A stretch of DNA of 64,000 bases from an uncultured Gemmatimonadota bacterium (GTDB lineage Bacteria > Gemmatimonadota > Gemmatimonadetes > Palauibacterales > KS3-K002): NCBI GenBank assembly GCA_964345885.1, contig CAYFSW010000147.1:235-64234 (forward strand), in the 5' to 3' direction. Positions 18,856 through 28,572 of this stretch are shown piece by piece; the first letter of the stretch is position 1, and the number at the start of each line of letters is the position of its first letter. A program made the translations under genes and the position numbers. The notes under the pieces were generated by a model, which saw only the letters and a list, made by a program, of their open reading frames with translations, had not been told where the DNA came from and did no database searches.

Positions 18856-20133
18856 TCAGCGCCACTGGATAATGATGAAGCCGCTGACAACCAGCCAGAT
18901 GAGTGCCAGGCCGCCAAAGACCCAGTACTCGAAGGGCTCGAATTCCTGTCGCCCCTTCTTGCCGTGGAACCAGGCACCGGTAACGACAGCGGGAAATCCG
19001 GTCCCCACCGCGACGAGTGCCAGGTCAAACACGACTCTCGGCAGCACGTCACTCTCGACGAGCAGCCAGGACAGCTGGAGCACGGCCCAGGCGAACGCGC
19101 CGTAACCGATGATGATCTGCGGTAGGCGTCGCTCTTTGATACTCGCGATGATGCCTTGCTCAACCTGCACCTTCGGCGCCGGCACAGGTGTCAGCTCGCC
19201 GGATGCCGAGAGGCGGCGAGCGACGTCGGTAGCGCGGGGGCGATGCTCGGGCTCCTTGGCCAGGCAGCGCATTAGCACATCTTCGAGATCCGACTCCACG
19301 TCACCGCGTAGCTCGGAGAGCCGTCTCGGTTCCCCCTGCATGTGGGCGGTGATCACCTCGCGCCGCGATTTCGCATCGTAGGGACCGCGACCGGTCAGTA
19401 GTTCGTAGCCCAGCAGCCCCAGCGCATAGACGTCGCTGAGTTCGGTGATGTCGTGACCCGAGAGCTGTTCGGGGCTCATGTGAGCGGGGTCGCCGACAAG
19501 TTCACCAGTTCTCGTCAGACGGGCCGCCTGGCCCGACTCGGCGCTGGCGAGAATCGCCACGATCCCGAAGTCGGTGAGCAGGGCACGCCCGGAGTCGGCC
19601 TCGTAGAGCACGTTGTCGGGTCGGACGTCGCGATGGACGATCCCTTTCTGATGGGCAGCTGCGAGCGCCGAAGCGATCTCGATGACCGCATTTCGCGCGT
19701 CACCGACCGGCAGTGGGCCTTCAGCCTGCAGGCGTTCCCCCATCGTCCGCCCCTTCACATACTGCATGACGAAAAAGGGTAGATCGTTGGACAAGCGGCC
19801 CACCCGATGGACCGCGACGATGTTGGGATGAGAGAGTGCCGCAACCGCCTGCGCCTCACGCTCGAAGCGCAGACGTGCCCGCTCATCGCGCGCCAACTTG
19901 GGCGACAGCACCTTGATAGCGACCAACCGCTTGAGTTGCTGCTCGCGGGCGAGGTAGACGTATGCCATCGAGCCGCGACCCAGGCGCCTCACGACCTCCA
20001 GCTCAGGCCCCAGTTCCTTCCTGAGCAGCTCCTCCAGCTCGTCGTTGCGGCCCGGCACCGGCGTGTCACTTTGCTCCACACCGCTCTCGGGTGTGTTTGC
20101 CGAGTCAGCAGAGTTCGCGTCGCCGGAATGCAT
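18856..20133 (-). CDS. Ser/Thr protein kinase with C-terminal membrane domain
   Basis: LGRGSMAYVY, VAIK, HRDVRPDN, DFG, SPEQ, three C-terminal TM segments. Confidence 0.9.
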   Translation of the reverse strand: MHSGDANSADSANTPESGVEQSDTPVPGRNDELEELLRKELGPELEVVRRLGRGSMAYVYLAREQQLKRLVAIKVLSPKLARDERARLRFEREAQAVAALSHPNIVAVHRVGRLSNDLPFFVMQYVKGRTMGERLQAEGPLPVGDARNAVIEIASALAAAHQKGIVHRDVRPDNVLYEADSGRALLTDFGIVAILASAESGQAARLTRTGELVGDPAHMSPEQLSGHDITELSDVYALGLLGYELLTGRGPYDAKSRREVITAHMQGEPRRLSELRGDVESDLEDVLMRCLAKEPEHRPRATDVARRLSASGELTPVPAPKVQVEQGIIASIKERRLPQIIIGYGAFAWAVLQLSWLLVESDVLPRVVFDLALVAVGTGFPAVVTGAWFHGKKGRQEFEPFEYWVFGGLALIWLVVSGFIIIQWR

Positions 20134-20200
20134 CTCGTGTTCTGTCTCTACGGTGGTCTGCGGCCCGCTGTCCGGCGCACGTTATTCAGTGTCCGGGGCA

Positions 20201-23200
20201 TTAGCAAGTGCCGCCCTCATTCTCCCGGACGATGACTGCCGGTACAGCGTGTTCCGCCATCGCCGCGTTGAACCTCGGGATCTCGGTAGCGATGATCTCA
20301 GCCAGGCGGTCGAGCTGGACCTGCAGCTGGCCCGACAGATCCTCGAACACGTCGTACGACTGCTGTGTCGGCTTCGCGTCGGCGCTCGACACGGTGCCCG
20401 TCAGCCCCGCGATCTTATTGTTCAACCTGATGGGGAAGTTGAGCGGGTCCTGCCGGCTGCGGTTCTTGGTCTGGTAGATCGCGTTCTCGACCTCGGAGAG
20501 CGCCTCCTTGATCTCGCGCGCCTGCTCCGAGATCGCGTCGGAGAATGTCTCTCCCTCGACGCGCTGTACCGCGGCGTCGATCTGATCGCGGATATCGCGG
20601 ATCCGCACCACCGCTTCGTTCGCCTCACTGACGCGGTCACGGATGCGAATCAGAAAATCGAACTGCTCCTGCAGGTCCGCCTGCGTCGCGTCGATGCGCG
20701 GGTCCTTCGCCAACTCGAACGTCCTGGTCAACTCCCGGTCGCCAACGTTCAACCGTACCTGGTAGGTGCCGGGCACGGCACGAGGACCGGTCGTCGTACC
20801 CGCCCACATGATCATGCCGGGGAAACTGCTGGCATCGGGGTAGCGCAAGTTCCAGACGAAGCGGTTCATCCCGGCCTCGGTCGAGACATCGCCCTCCTCG
20901 CGGCCACTCTCGGGCTTGCTGGAGAACTCCCGGATCAGGGTACCGTCGGCCTCCAGGAAAGCGAGCTTGACCTCCTCTTGCGGCTCGTCGGCGAAGTAAT
21001 AGTGCACCACGACACCGTTGGGTGGGTTGTTACCCACACTCGGCACGAAACCACCGAAGCCGCCGCCGCCCATCCGGTACGCGCGCCGCGGCTCGAACAG
21101 ATGGATGTCGGCGGCGGCGACCGCGCCGTCGAGCTGGTGGAGCGGGGTCAGGTCGTCGAGAATCCAGAAGGAGCGGCCGTGCGTGGCGAGCACCAGGTCG
21201 TCCTCTTCGACCACCATGTCGCGCACCGGTGTGACCGGCAGGTTGAGCTGCAGGCTCTGCCAGCGCTCGCCGTCGTCGAACGAAACGTAGACGCCGAACT
21301 CGCCGCCGGCGTAAAGCAATCCGCGTCGCGCCGGGTCCTCACGCACCACCCGGATATAGTGATCCTCCGGGATGCCGCGGACGATCGTCTCCCAGCCTCC
21401 CCCATAGTCGTTAGTCTTGAATATGTAGGGCCTGAAGTCGTCCAGCTTGTAGCGGTTGACGGCGATGTACGCGCTGCCGGGCTCGTGGGGCGACTCGTCG
21501 ATGATGCTCACCAGCCCCCACTGGGGCATGTTGCGCGGCGTGATCTCATCCCACGCGCTGCCTCCGTCACGGGTAATCCAAACGCGGCCATCGTCGGTAC
21601 CCGCCCAGATCGTGTTGCGGTCGTGCTGCGACGGTACGAGCGCGAAGATGGTGGCGTAGTACTCGACGCTGGTGTTGTCCTTGGTGATCGGGCCGCCGGA
21701 CGAGATCTGCTTGCTCTTGTCGTTATGGGTGAGATCGGGGCTAATGACCTCCCAGCTCTGACCCTCATTCCGTGAGCGGAATACGACGTTCGCCGTTATG
21801 TACAGCTCGTCGGGATCGAAGGGCGACAGCACGATCGGGAAAGTCCATTGGAAGCGGTACTTCAGGTCGGCGGCGCCCCAGCCCATCGGGTTATCCGGCC
21901 AGGCGTGAATGCTACGGTTCTGGCCCGTCGCCCGGTCGTAGCGGCTGATCTGGCCGCCGTAGCAGCCGGCGTAGGAGACGTCCGGGTTGTCGGGACGCAC
22001 CGCGATGTAGCCGCTCTCGCAACCACCGACCGTGTACCAGTCCTGCATGGTGATCCCGAAACCGGTCGTGCGGCTGGGCGTGCACAGCGTGCTGTTGTCC
22101 TGCTGCGCGCCACAGACGTGATAGGGGAAATGCTCGGTGGTCGTGACGTGGTAGAACTGGGCGGTCGGCTGGTTGTCCTGCCGTGTCCAGGTCACGCCCC
22201 CGTTGTAGGTGACGTTGGCGCCGCCGTCGTTCGCTTCGACCATGCGGAGCGCGTTGTTGGGGTCGATCCACAGATCGTGATTGTCGCCGTGAGGTGTGCC
22301 GATCCGCTCGTAGGTACGACCGCCGTCCGTCGACTTGTAGAAGCCGGTGTTCAACGCGTAGACGGTGTTCTCATTCCGCGGATCGGCATAGATGTGGGTG
22401 TAGTACCAGGCGCGTTGGCGCAGGCTGCGATCATCGTTTACGCGCCGCCACGTTTCACCCGCGTCGTCGGTGCGGAAGACGCCGCCGTCATCCGCCTCCA
22501 CGAGTGCCCAGACGCGATCGGAGTTCACGGGTGAAACTGCTATACCGATCCTGCCCAGCGTCCCCTCGGGAAGACCGCTGTTGCGGCTTATCTCGGTCCA
22601 GGTGTCGCCACCGTCGGTCGACTTGAACAGCCCGCTGCCCGGGCCGCCGCTCTCCATCCCCCAGGGCATCCGCCTCGCCTGCCAGAGGGCGGCGTAGATG
22701 ATCCGCGGGTTGTTGGGGTCGAGGACGATATCGATGGCACCGGAGTTCTCGTCCCGATAGAGGACCCGCTCCCAGGTGGCACCGCCGTCCGTCGACCGGT
22801 AGACGCCGCGGGTCTCGTTGGGGCCGAAGACGTGGCCCAGCACGGCGGCGTACACGAGGTCCGGGTTCGTCGGGTGGACCCGGACCTCACCGATCTGGCC
22901 GCCGTCCCGCAGGCCGATGTGCGACCATGTCTTACCGGCATCGGTCGATTTGTACATGCCGTCGCCCGGCGACGTGTTGCCGCGGATACACGTCTCGCCG
23001 GTCCCCACATAGACCACGTTCGGGTCGGAAGGCGCGACGGCGATCCCACCGATCGAGCCGGAGCCCAGGTACTCGTCGGCCACCGGCAGCCATGTCATCC
23101 CGCCGTCCACCGTCTTCCAGACACCACCGCCGGTGGCGCCCATGTAGTAGACGTAAGGCTGGCTCGGGACCCCGGCGACCGCGACCGACCGGCCACCGCG

Positions 23201-23341
23201 GAACGGTCCAATCGAGCGCCACTCCAGGGCGCTGAACAGGCTCTCGTCGTAGCCCTGAGCACGAGCGCCGTCTGGTATCCCCAACGGCGCGACGATCGCC
23301 AAGCCAAGCACTATGCGGATGAGAGTACGCGTGCAGCTCAT
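20201..23341 (-). CDS. Secreted VPS10/BNR (Asp-box) repeat glycosyl hydrolase-like protein
   Basis: Signal peptide, WRSIGPFRGGR, repeated SxDGGxTW boxes; start ATG 23341 after GGAGG. Confidence 0.88.
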   Translation of the reverse strand: MSCTRTLIRIVLGLAIVAPLGIPDGARAQGYDESLFSALEWRSIGPFRGGRSVAVAGVPSQPYVYYMGATGGGVWKTVDGGMTWLPVADEYLGSGSIGGIAVAPSDPNVVYVGTGETCIRGNTSPGDGMYKSTDAGKTWSHIGLRDGGQIGEVRVHPTNPDLVYAAVLGHVFGPNETRGVYRSTDGGATWERVLYRDENSGAIDIVLDPNNPRIIYAALWQARRMPWGMESGGPGSGLFKSTDGGDTWTEISRNSGLPEGTLGRIGIAVSPVNSDRVWALVEADDGGVFRTDDAGETWRRVNDDRSLRQRAWYYTHIYADPRNENTVYALNTGFYKSTDGGRTYERIGTPHGDNHDLWIDPNNALRMVEANDGGANVTYNGGVTWTRQDNQPTAQFYHVTTTEHFPYHVCGAQQDNSTLCTPSRTTGFGITMQDWYTVGGCESGYIAVRPDNPDVSYAGCYGGQISRYDRATGQNRSIHAWPDNPMGWGAADLKYRFQWTFPIVLSPFDPDELYITANVVFRSRNEGQSWEVISPDLTHNDKSKQISSGGPITKDNTSVEYYATIFALVPSQHDRNTIWAGTDDGRVWITRDGGSAWDEITPRNMPQWGLVSIIDESPHEPGSAYIAVNRYKLDDFRPYIFKTNDYGGGWETIVRGIPEDHYIRVVREDPARRGLLYAGGEFGVYVSFDDGERWQSLQLNLPVTPVRDMVVEEDDLVLATHGRSFWILDDLTPLHQLDGAVAAADIHLFEPRRAYRMGGGGFGGFVPSVGNNPPNGVVVHYYFADEPQEEVKLAFLEADGTLIREFSSKPESGREEGDVSTEAGMNRFVWNLRYPDASSFPGMIMWAGTTTGPRAVPGTYQVRLNVGDRELTRTFELAKDPRIDATQADLQEQFDFLIRIRDRVSEANEAVVRIRDIRDQIDAAVQRVEGETFSDAISEQAREIKEALSEVENAIYQTKNRSRQDPLNFPIRLNNKIAGLTGTVSSADAKPTQQSYDVFEDLSGQLQVQLDRLAEIIATEIPRFNAAMAEHAVPAVIVRENEGGTC

Positions 23342-23465
23342 GGCTGTCCCTCCAGTTGGCGCGGCGCAACGCGGCAGTCGCGAAAGGCTATTATGGGTCG
23401 GAGAGGCTATCCTAGTGATCGGATCCCGACTGCGCCAGCGGGGTCGCCAATGGCGCCTGTACTCA

Positions 23466-23573
23466 GGTAGGAGGCGGAGGACCACCTCGCGGAGGCACGA
23501 GCTCACCACTGAGAGTTACGTCGCCGCCCGGAGGTCGCGCGAGCCCGGAGCCCGTGGTTCTTCCCCTCCTACC
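23466..23573 (+). repeat. ~110-bp palindromic repeat, intergenic copy
   Basis: GGTAGGAGGCGGAGGACCACCTCGCGGAGG...GCGCGAGCCCGGAGCCCGTGGTTCTTCCCCTCCTACC with terminal inverted repeats. Confidence 0.8.
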
Positions 23574-23617
23574 CCACCCGGCTTCAGCGCGAGCGCGAAG
23601 TGCTTGCTTCCAACCCT

Positions 23618-24181
23618 CTACGAAGGCCACAGCCAACCGAACACGCCTCCAGTCAGCAACCCGAAGACGAGCCCGTCGATCACGCTCTTCCAGACGCTGC
23701 TCCAGGTGTGACCGAACCAAATCGCGCGTGGGATCTCGGCGACGCTGTAGGCCAGGAAGGCCACCGTCCCCAGCACGCGGAAGACGTGCAGGTAATCCTC
23801 AGCGGCGGGGATACGCGCCGCATAACCCACGTAGGCAACCATGAACGAGACGCCCAAACAGAACAGGAAGTAGAAGGCCATGCTTCTCCCCATGTTGGGC
23901 ATGTCCCAGACGATCAGCGACCCTCGCGGGCCCTCTTTCAGCTTCTCCTGCGCACCCTCCGCTTTCGCGCCCTCAGCAGTCATCTGGTGCGGGAAAACAT
24001 ACTGGCCGCGTCCGAGATTGAGATCGCGGATCGTCTGCATCAGCGAGTCCTCGTTGGGGACCCGCACCCAATCGGAGCGATGATGCGGAAGCACCGTCCA
24101 GGCGATGAACGCCGCGACGAACACGATCACTGCAGATAGCAGGATCGGCAACCACAGCGAAGCGAGACTGACCTGTTCCAT
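23618..24181 (-). CDS. Hypothetical membrane protein
   Basis: 187 aa, about four TM segments, GGAGG RBS. Confidence 0.75.
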   Translation of the reverse strand: MEQVSLASLWLPILLSAVIVFVAAFIAWTVLPHHRSDWVRVPNEDSLMQTIRDLNLGRGQYVFPHQMTAEGAKAEGAQEKLKEGPRGSLIVWDMPNMGRSMAFYFLFCLGVSFMVAYVGYAARIPAAEDYLHVFRVLGTVAFLAYSVAEIPRAIWFGHTWSSVWKSVIDGLVFGLLTGGVFGWLWPS

Positions 24182-24208
24182 CTTGACCTCCCGGCGCTGA
24201 GTAGGTCA

Positions 24209-25654
24209 CTACTCCATCTCGAAAGCCATGAATTGAAGCTGACCCCGGCGCTCGACCTGCAGAACCACCGGTTCGCCCACCTGAATGCCCCCGAGGAGTG
24301 AACGCAACTGATCGAGCCCCGTGATCGGCTCGCCGTTGATCGAGTGGATCACGTCGCCCGGCGCCAAGGCGACGCGGCCGTAGACGGCATCCGGCGCGCG
24401 CGCTGCGACCACGACACCCTCCCGGGCTCTCAGTCCCGGTATCATCGCAGCGACCCTTTGATCGAGACCGACGCCCAGGATCCCGAGCTTTGGCACCAGG
24501 TTCTCCTCCGGCGAAACCATGATCGAGAAGCGGCCGGGGTCATCCTCCCGTTCCAGGACCGTCACCGAGGTTCTGACCACCTGCGCTCCGCGTAGTACCT
24601 CAAGTGTGACGCTCGCACCCACCGGCGTGCGATAGATGTTGACATCGAACTGCCGGCCGTTCTCCATCACCTTGCCATCGAGCGACAGAACTATGTCGCC
24701 GATCCGCAGGCCTGCCAGCTCGGCCGGGCTCCGCGGGTAGACATCGCCCAAGACCACTCCCCACTCGCGGGCGAGCCCGAGCCCTTCTGCGAGCGTAGGG
24801 TTTATCGTCTGCGCGTTAACGCCGATCATACCGCGACGCACGTAACCGTTCATCTTGATCTGCAGGTATACGTTACGCACGATGTTGCTCGGCGCCGCGA
24901 AGCCGAGACCTTCGCTGCCGCCTGACTGCGAGATGATCAGTGTGTTGATCCCTATCACCCTGCCCTCCGCATCGACCAGTGGGCCACCGCTGTTGCCGGG
25001 ATTGATCGGTGCATCCGTCTGGATGTAGATCATTGGATCTTCCGGCCGCAGCTGCCGCGCCACCGCACTCACGATGCCCATCGTGACCGTGTTCTCGAGA
25101 CCGAGCGGGCTGCCGAAGGCGAAGACGAGTTGGCCGGTTATGACCTCGTCCGAATCGGCTAGCTCGAGGTACGGCAGGCCCGTCTGCTCGATTTTCAGCA
25201 CTGCCATGTCGGTCTCGCGGTCGAAGCCGACAATCCGCGCGCCGACGATCACTCCCTGCGGCTTGAGAATCGACTCGCCGGGCGACGCGCCGGTGGGGAT
25301 CGGAAGGCGTACCCGAATGCGGCCGGCCCCTTCCACCACGTGCAGGTTCGTCAATATGTAGCCGTCGGGGTCGAGTATCACACCCGAGCCACCGACCTGC
25401 CGCCGCGTCAACAGCCCCGTACCGGGCGCGTCGCCCTGCTGGAGCGGCGAGTAGCCCGTGGCCATGATCGCCACTACCGCCGGGCTGACCCGCTGCGTCA
25501 ACTGCTCGATGTAAACGCTCAAGTCGTTCAGCCTCGAGAGGGCCTGATCGCGCTGCGCGGCTAACTCGGCGGGGCCGCTCAGTACGATGCAGAGGGCCAG
25601 CGGTATAGCAATTACAATCTTACTCTTCACAGTCCGCTCTCTTCTCTCAGCCAA
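24209..25654 (-). CDS. HtrA/DegP-family serine protease with two PDZ domains
   Basis: TNLHVV, ETDMA, QTDAPINPGNSGGP; signal peptide; start may be a few codons downstream. Confidence 0.93.
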   Translation of the reverse strand: MAERRERTVKSKIVIAIPLALCIVLSGPAELAAQRDQALSRLNDLSVYIEQLTQRVSPAVVAIMATGYSPLQQGDAPGTGLLTRRQVGGSGVILDPDGYILTNLHVVEGAGRIRVRLPIPTGASPGESILKPQGVIVGARIVGFDRETDMAVLKIEQTGLPYLELADSDEVITGQLVFAFGSPLGLENTVTMGIVSAVARQLRPEDPMIYIQTDAPINPGNSGGPLVDAEGRVIGINTLIISQSGGSEGLGFAAPSNIVRNVYLQIKMNGYVRRGMIGVNAQTINPTLAEGLGLAREWGVVLGDVYPRSPAELAGLRIGDIVLSLDGKVMENGRQFDVNIYRTPVGASVTLEVLRGAQVVRTSVTVLEREDDPGRFSIMVSPEENLVPKLGILGVGLDQRVAAMIPGLRAREGVVVAARAPDAVYGRVALAPGDVIHSINGEPITGLDQLRSLLGGIQVGEPVVLQVERRGQLQFMAFEME

Positions 25655-25678
25655 ATCGATTCACTGCCACGTTCACAG

Positions 25679-26197
25679 TCAGCCCTTGGGCGGGAACAAC
25701 GCCAGGATCCTCGTCGCTGCTTCATCGAGCTTCTTCGCGGTCTTTTCGATGTCCGGTTCAACCGCACCCGTAGCCCAACCACGCCAGAGCACGCGCTCGC
25801 TATCGGGCTCATTGATCATCAAGATCAGCGCGCCGCTGCGCTCGACGAACACATCGCTGCGGCCCGAAACCCAACCTACCCGTTCATCGGTGATGACCAC
25901 GGTCTCGCCCACCCGGTCCTGACTCGCTGTCACGAAGTCCACCAGGAAGTCGGGATCACTCTCGACCTTTCTATAGCCCTTGGCCGCCAGCTCCCTGTCC
26001 ACCGAACTAACGAGCTGGCGAGCCGCGAGGGGGGCGATCCTCCGCCGACCTCGATCCTCGCCGCGCACGCGCCACGCGTAGGTCTCGAACCCCTCGAAGC
26101 TCGCTTCCGGCGGGTACTCCGAGTCGATCTCCATCATCGAGCATCCTGCGCCGACCGGAGTCAGCACGCCCAACAGGAGCAAGGACACGAGACGCAT
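25679..26197 (-). CDS. DUF4136-like lipoprotein
   Basis: Lipobox GAGC, FETYAW, ELAAKGY, VLWRG. Confidence 0.75.
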   Translation of the reverse strand: MRLVSLLLLGVLTPVGAGCSMMEIDSEYPPEASFEGFETYAWRVRGEDRGRRRIAPLAARQLVSSVDRELAAKGYRKVESDPDFLVDFVTASQDRVGETVVITDERVGWVSGRSDVFVERSGALILMINEPDSERVLWRGWATGAVEPDIEKTAKKLDEAATRILALFPPKG

Positions 26198-26359
26198 TGG
26201 ACTAGTCCTCGAGTAAACCAGTGCTAATCGTTCTAGGGGTCAGCGGTCTTATTCATAGCCGGGGGTCGCAAGCTTGGCAACACGGTCATCGGTGCTCGAC
26301 GCGCCGCTTCCCCTGGTCAACTTCAGGCAACTCACTCGCCGAGCCCCGCCCGCCACACC

Positions 26360-26854
26360 GTGATGCTCGGCGCGCTGGCCGTGCTGACCTTTGTCCTTGC
26401 GATCTTCGGCCTCGGTATCATGGCTCTCGTCAAGGCGATGCAGCCATCGGGCGAGCAGGAACAGGCCGCGATCTCCCGTTTCGAGCGCGAAGTCCAGTTG
26501 ACGGCAACACTCACACACCCGAACTCGATCACGATCTACGACTTCAGCCGCACACCCGATCAACGACTCTACTACGTGATGGAGTTCCTGCAGGGGCTCG
26601 ACCTGCGGGACCTAAGGTGAAAGTCTGGACGGGCGCTCGAGGCCGCATTGGAGGCCGTCAGCTTCGATTCGCGCTGGTCCCAGGAGCAGGCGCACGAGTG
26701 GTGGGAACTCCACGGGCTCGCCGAAGTGTTGACGACAGGGCTCGATGAGGCCCCCACAGACGACGAGGGTCTTTCCAACCGAGGCATCTCTCGCTTCGAC
26801 CTTGAGAGCCCTGAGCGCAGCGCGGCGCGCGATGGGTGTAGACCGACCGCCTGA
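26360..26854 (+). pseudogene. Internally deleted paralog of the downstream Ser/Thr kinase
   Basis: RFEREVQLTATLTHPNSITIY..YYVMEFLQGLDL, in-frame TGA 26618-26620, then WSQEQAHEWWELHG matching the neighbour's tail; no HRD or DFG. Confidence 0.75.
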
Positions 26855-26874
26855 CGCCGCATATAGTTCCTGCC

Positions 26875-28548
26875 ATGCCTGAAGCCGAAGGAACCATTCA
26901 GCGCGCCATTTCGGGGCCCTTTTCTGCAAGCGGCTCGTTCGAGGCGGAACAGCTGGACCTGCTGTGGCGGCGCTGCCGCCTGCTCTTCCTCACGGGCGTG
27001 GCTGTCGCGGCGGTCGCGGCCGCGGTGCTGTTGGTCGTCCCCTCGACCGACCCGGCGCTCGCCAGCTCGCTGAGCGGCATCAAGTGGCTGTCTGGGCCGC
27101 TGGGCCACCTAATCCTGTTCGGGCTGGGCCTGGCGCTGCTGTACGCGGTACGGGCCAGTCCCCGGTACCTGCCGGCCATAGTCTACGCCACGATCGCCGC
27201 CAACGTCGTGCTTGTGATTTTTGGTCAGGCCGCCTTCCGTCCGGCCACCCATCCGTACTTCGGCGTCTCGCTACTCCTGTTCCTTTCCGCTGCTTTCATT
27301 CCCTGGCGTCCCGGATACCAGTGGGCGCTGGCGGCGACTGCAGCGGTCTGGTTCCTCCTGTCGCAAGGGATTCTGTTCTGGACGCTTCCCGAACTCCAGG
27401 CCTTCTGGGCCGAGCGCGGCGGAGCCGAGGCCGCGCGCAACTACACGGTCTGGGGCGTTACGAAGATCGCGATTATCGGCGGCGCAGCGGCGCTCGTCAG
27501 CAAGAAGCTCTACAGCCTGACGAAGACCGCGCACCGGGCGAAACGACTGGGCAACTACTTGATCCACGAAGAGATCGGCAAGGGCGGAATGGGTCAGGTG
27601 TTCTACGCCCGGCATTCGCTTATCTGCCGGCCGACAGCCGTGAAGGTCATGCACCCAAACGGACGTGACCGCGGCACCGCTCTTGCCCGGTTCGAACGCG
27701 AGATCAAGCTCTCGGCTACGCTCACTCACCCGAACACGATCACCATCTACGAAGTGGGGCGCACTCCCGATCACAGCCTCTACTACGCGATGGAGTACCT
27801 GGAGGGCCTGGACCTGCAACAGTTGGTCGACCAATACGGTCCCGTTTCGCCGGCCCGCACCATCCACATTTTAAAGCAGGTCTGCGGCTCGCTCGAGGAG
27901 GCCCACTCGCGCGATATCATCCACCGCGACATCAAGCCGTCGAACATCTTTCTCACGCGACGCGGCCTACTCTACGACTACGTCAAGGTTCTCGACTTCG
28001 GGCTCGCCAAACAGATCGCGACGGAGGAGAGCAGCGCGATCAGCAAGACCGGGATGCTCTTCGGGACGCCTCGCTACATCGCGCCCGAGACGGTCTACGG
28101 CAACGAGCAGGTCGATGGACGGGCCGACCTCTACTGCCTGGGCGGAGTCGCATATTGGATGCTCACCGGGCAACCGCCGTTCCCGTCCGAGTCGAGCGTC
28201 GAAGTACTAATCGACCATGTGAAGACGTGCCCCAAACGGCCGTCGGAAGTCTCAGAGCTTGCGATCCCGTCCGAGCTGGAGGACATCGTGATGCGCCTGC
28301 TGGAGAAGAAGCCGGGCGACCGCTACCAGACCGCGCGCCAGCTCGAGGACGCGCTGGCCGCGGTCCCGCTGGATGAGGTTTGGTCGCGGGACCAGGCCGA
28401 AGACTGGTGGACCCTGCATGGGATCCTCGGCGAGCATCCCCACGACTGTGAGTGTTTCTTCCCCGCCGACGAATTAGACACCGAAGACAGGCCCTCGCTG
28501 GTACTCCACGATCCTTCAGACGAAGCTGCCAGCGGGGAGCCGGACTAA
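26875..28548 (+). CDS. Membrane-anchored Ser/Thr protein kinase
   Basis: About six N-terminal TM segments; IGKGGMGQV, TAVK, HRDIKPSN, DFG, GTPRYIAPE. Confidence 0.93.
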   Translation: MPEAEGTIQRAISGPFSASGSFEAEQLDLLWRRCRLLFLTGVAVAAVAAAVLLVVPSTDPALASSLSGIKWLSGPLGHLILFGLGLALLYAVRASPRYLPAIVYATIAANVVLVIFGQAAFRPATHPYFGVSLLLFLSAAFIPWRPGYQWALAATAAVWFLLSQGILFWTLPELQAFWAERGGAEAARNYTVWGVTKIAIIGGAAALVSKKLYSLTKTAHRAKRLGNYLIHEEIGKGGMGQVFYARHSLICRPTAVKVMHPNGRDRGTALARFEREIKLSATLTHPNTITIYEVGRTPDHSLYYAMEYLEGLDLQQLVDQYGPVSPARTIHILKQVCGSLEEAHSRDIIHRDIKPSNIFLTRRGLLYDYVKVLDFGLAKQIATEESSAISKTGMLFGTPRYIAPETVYGNEQVDGRADLYCLGGVAYWMLTGQPPFPSESSVEVLIDHVKTCPKRPSEVSELAIPSELEDIVMRLLEKKPGDRYQTARQLEDALAAVPLDEVWSRDQAEDWWTLHGILGEHPHDCECFFPADELDTEDRPSLVLHDPSDEAASGEPD

Positions 28549-28572
28549 GGTGACGGAGGCTGCTAGCGAGCG

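Noticed and set aside
20045..21775. Long antisense or shifted ORFs (also 14012..15529, 58554..60029, 62102..63442, 937..1908)
   Set aside because: Shadows of well-supported genes, expected in high-GC DNA; no recognisable motifs.
26618..26620. In-frame TGA as possible selenocysteine
   Set aside because: Sits at a deletion junction in a kinase relic, with no redox motif and no clear SECIS.
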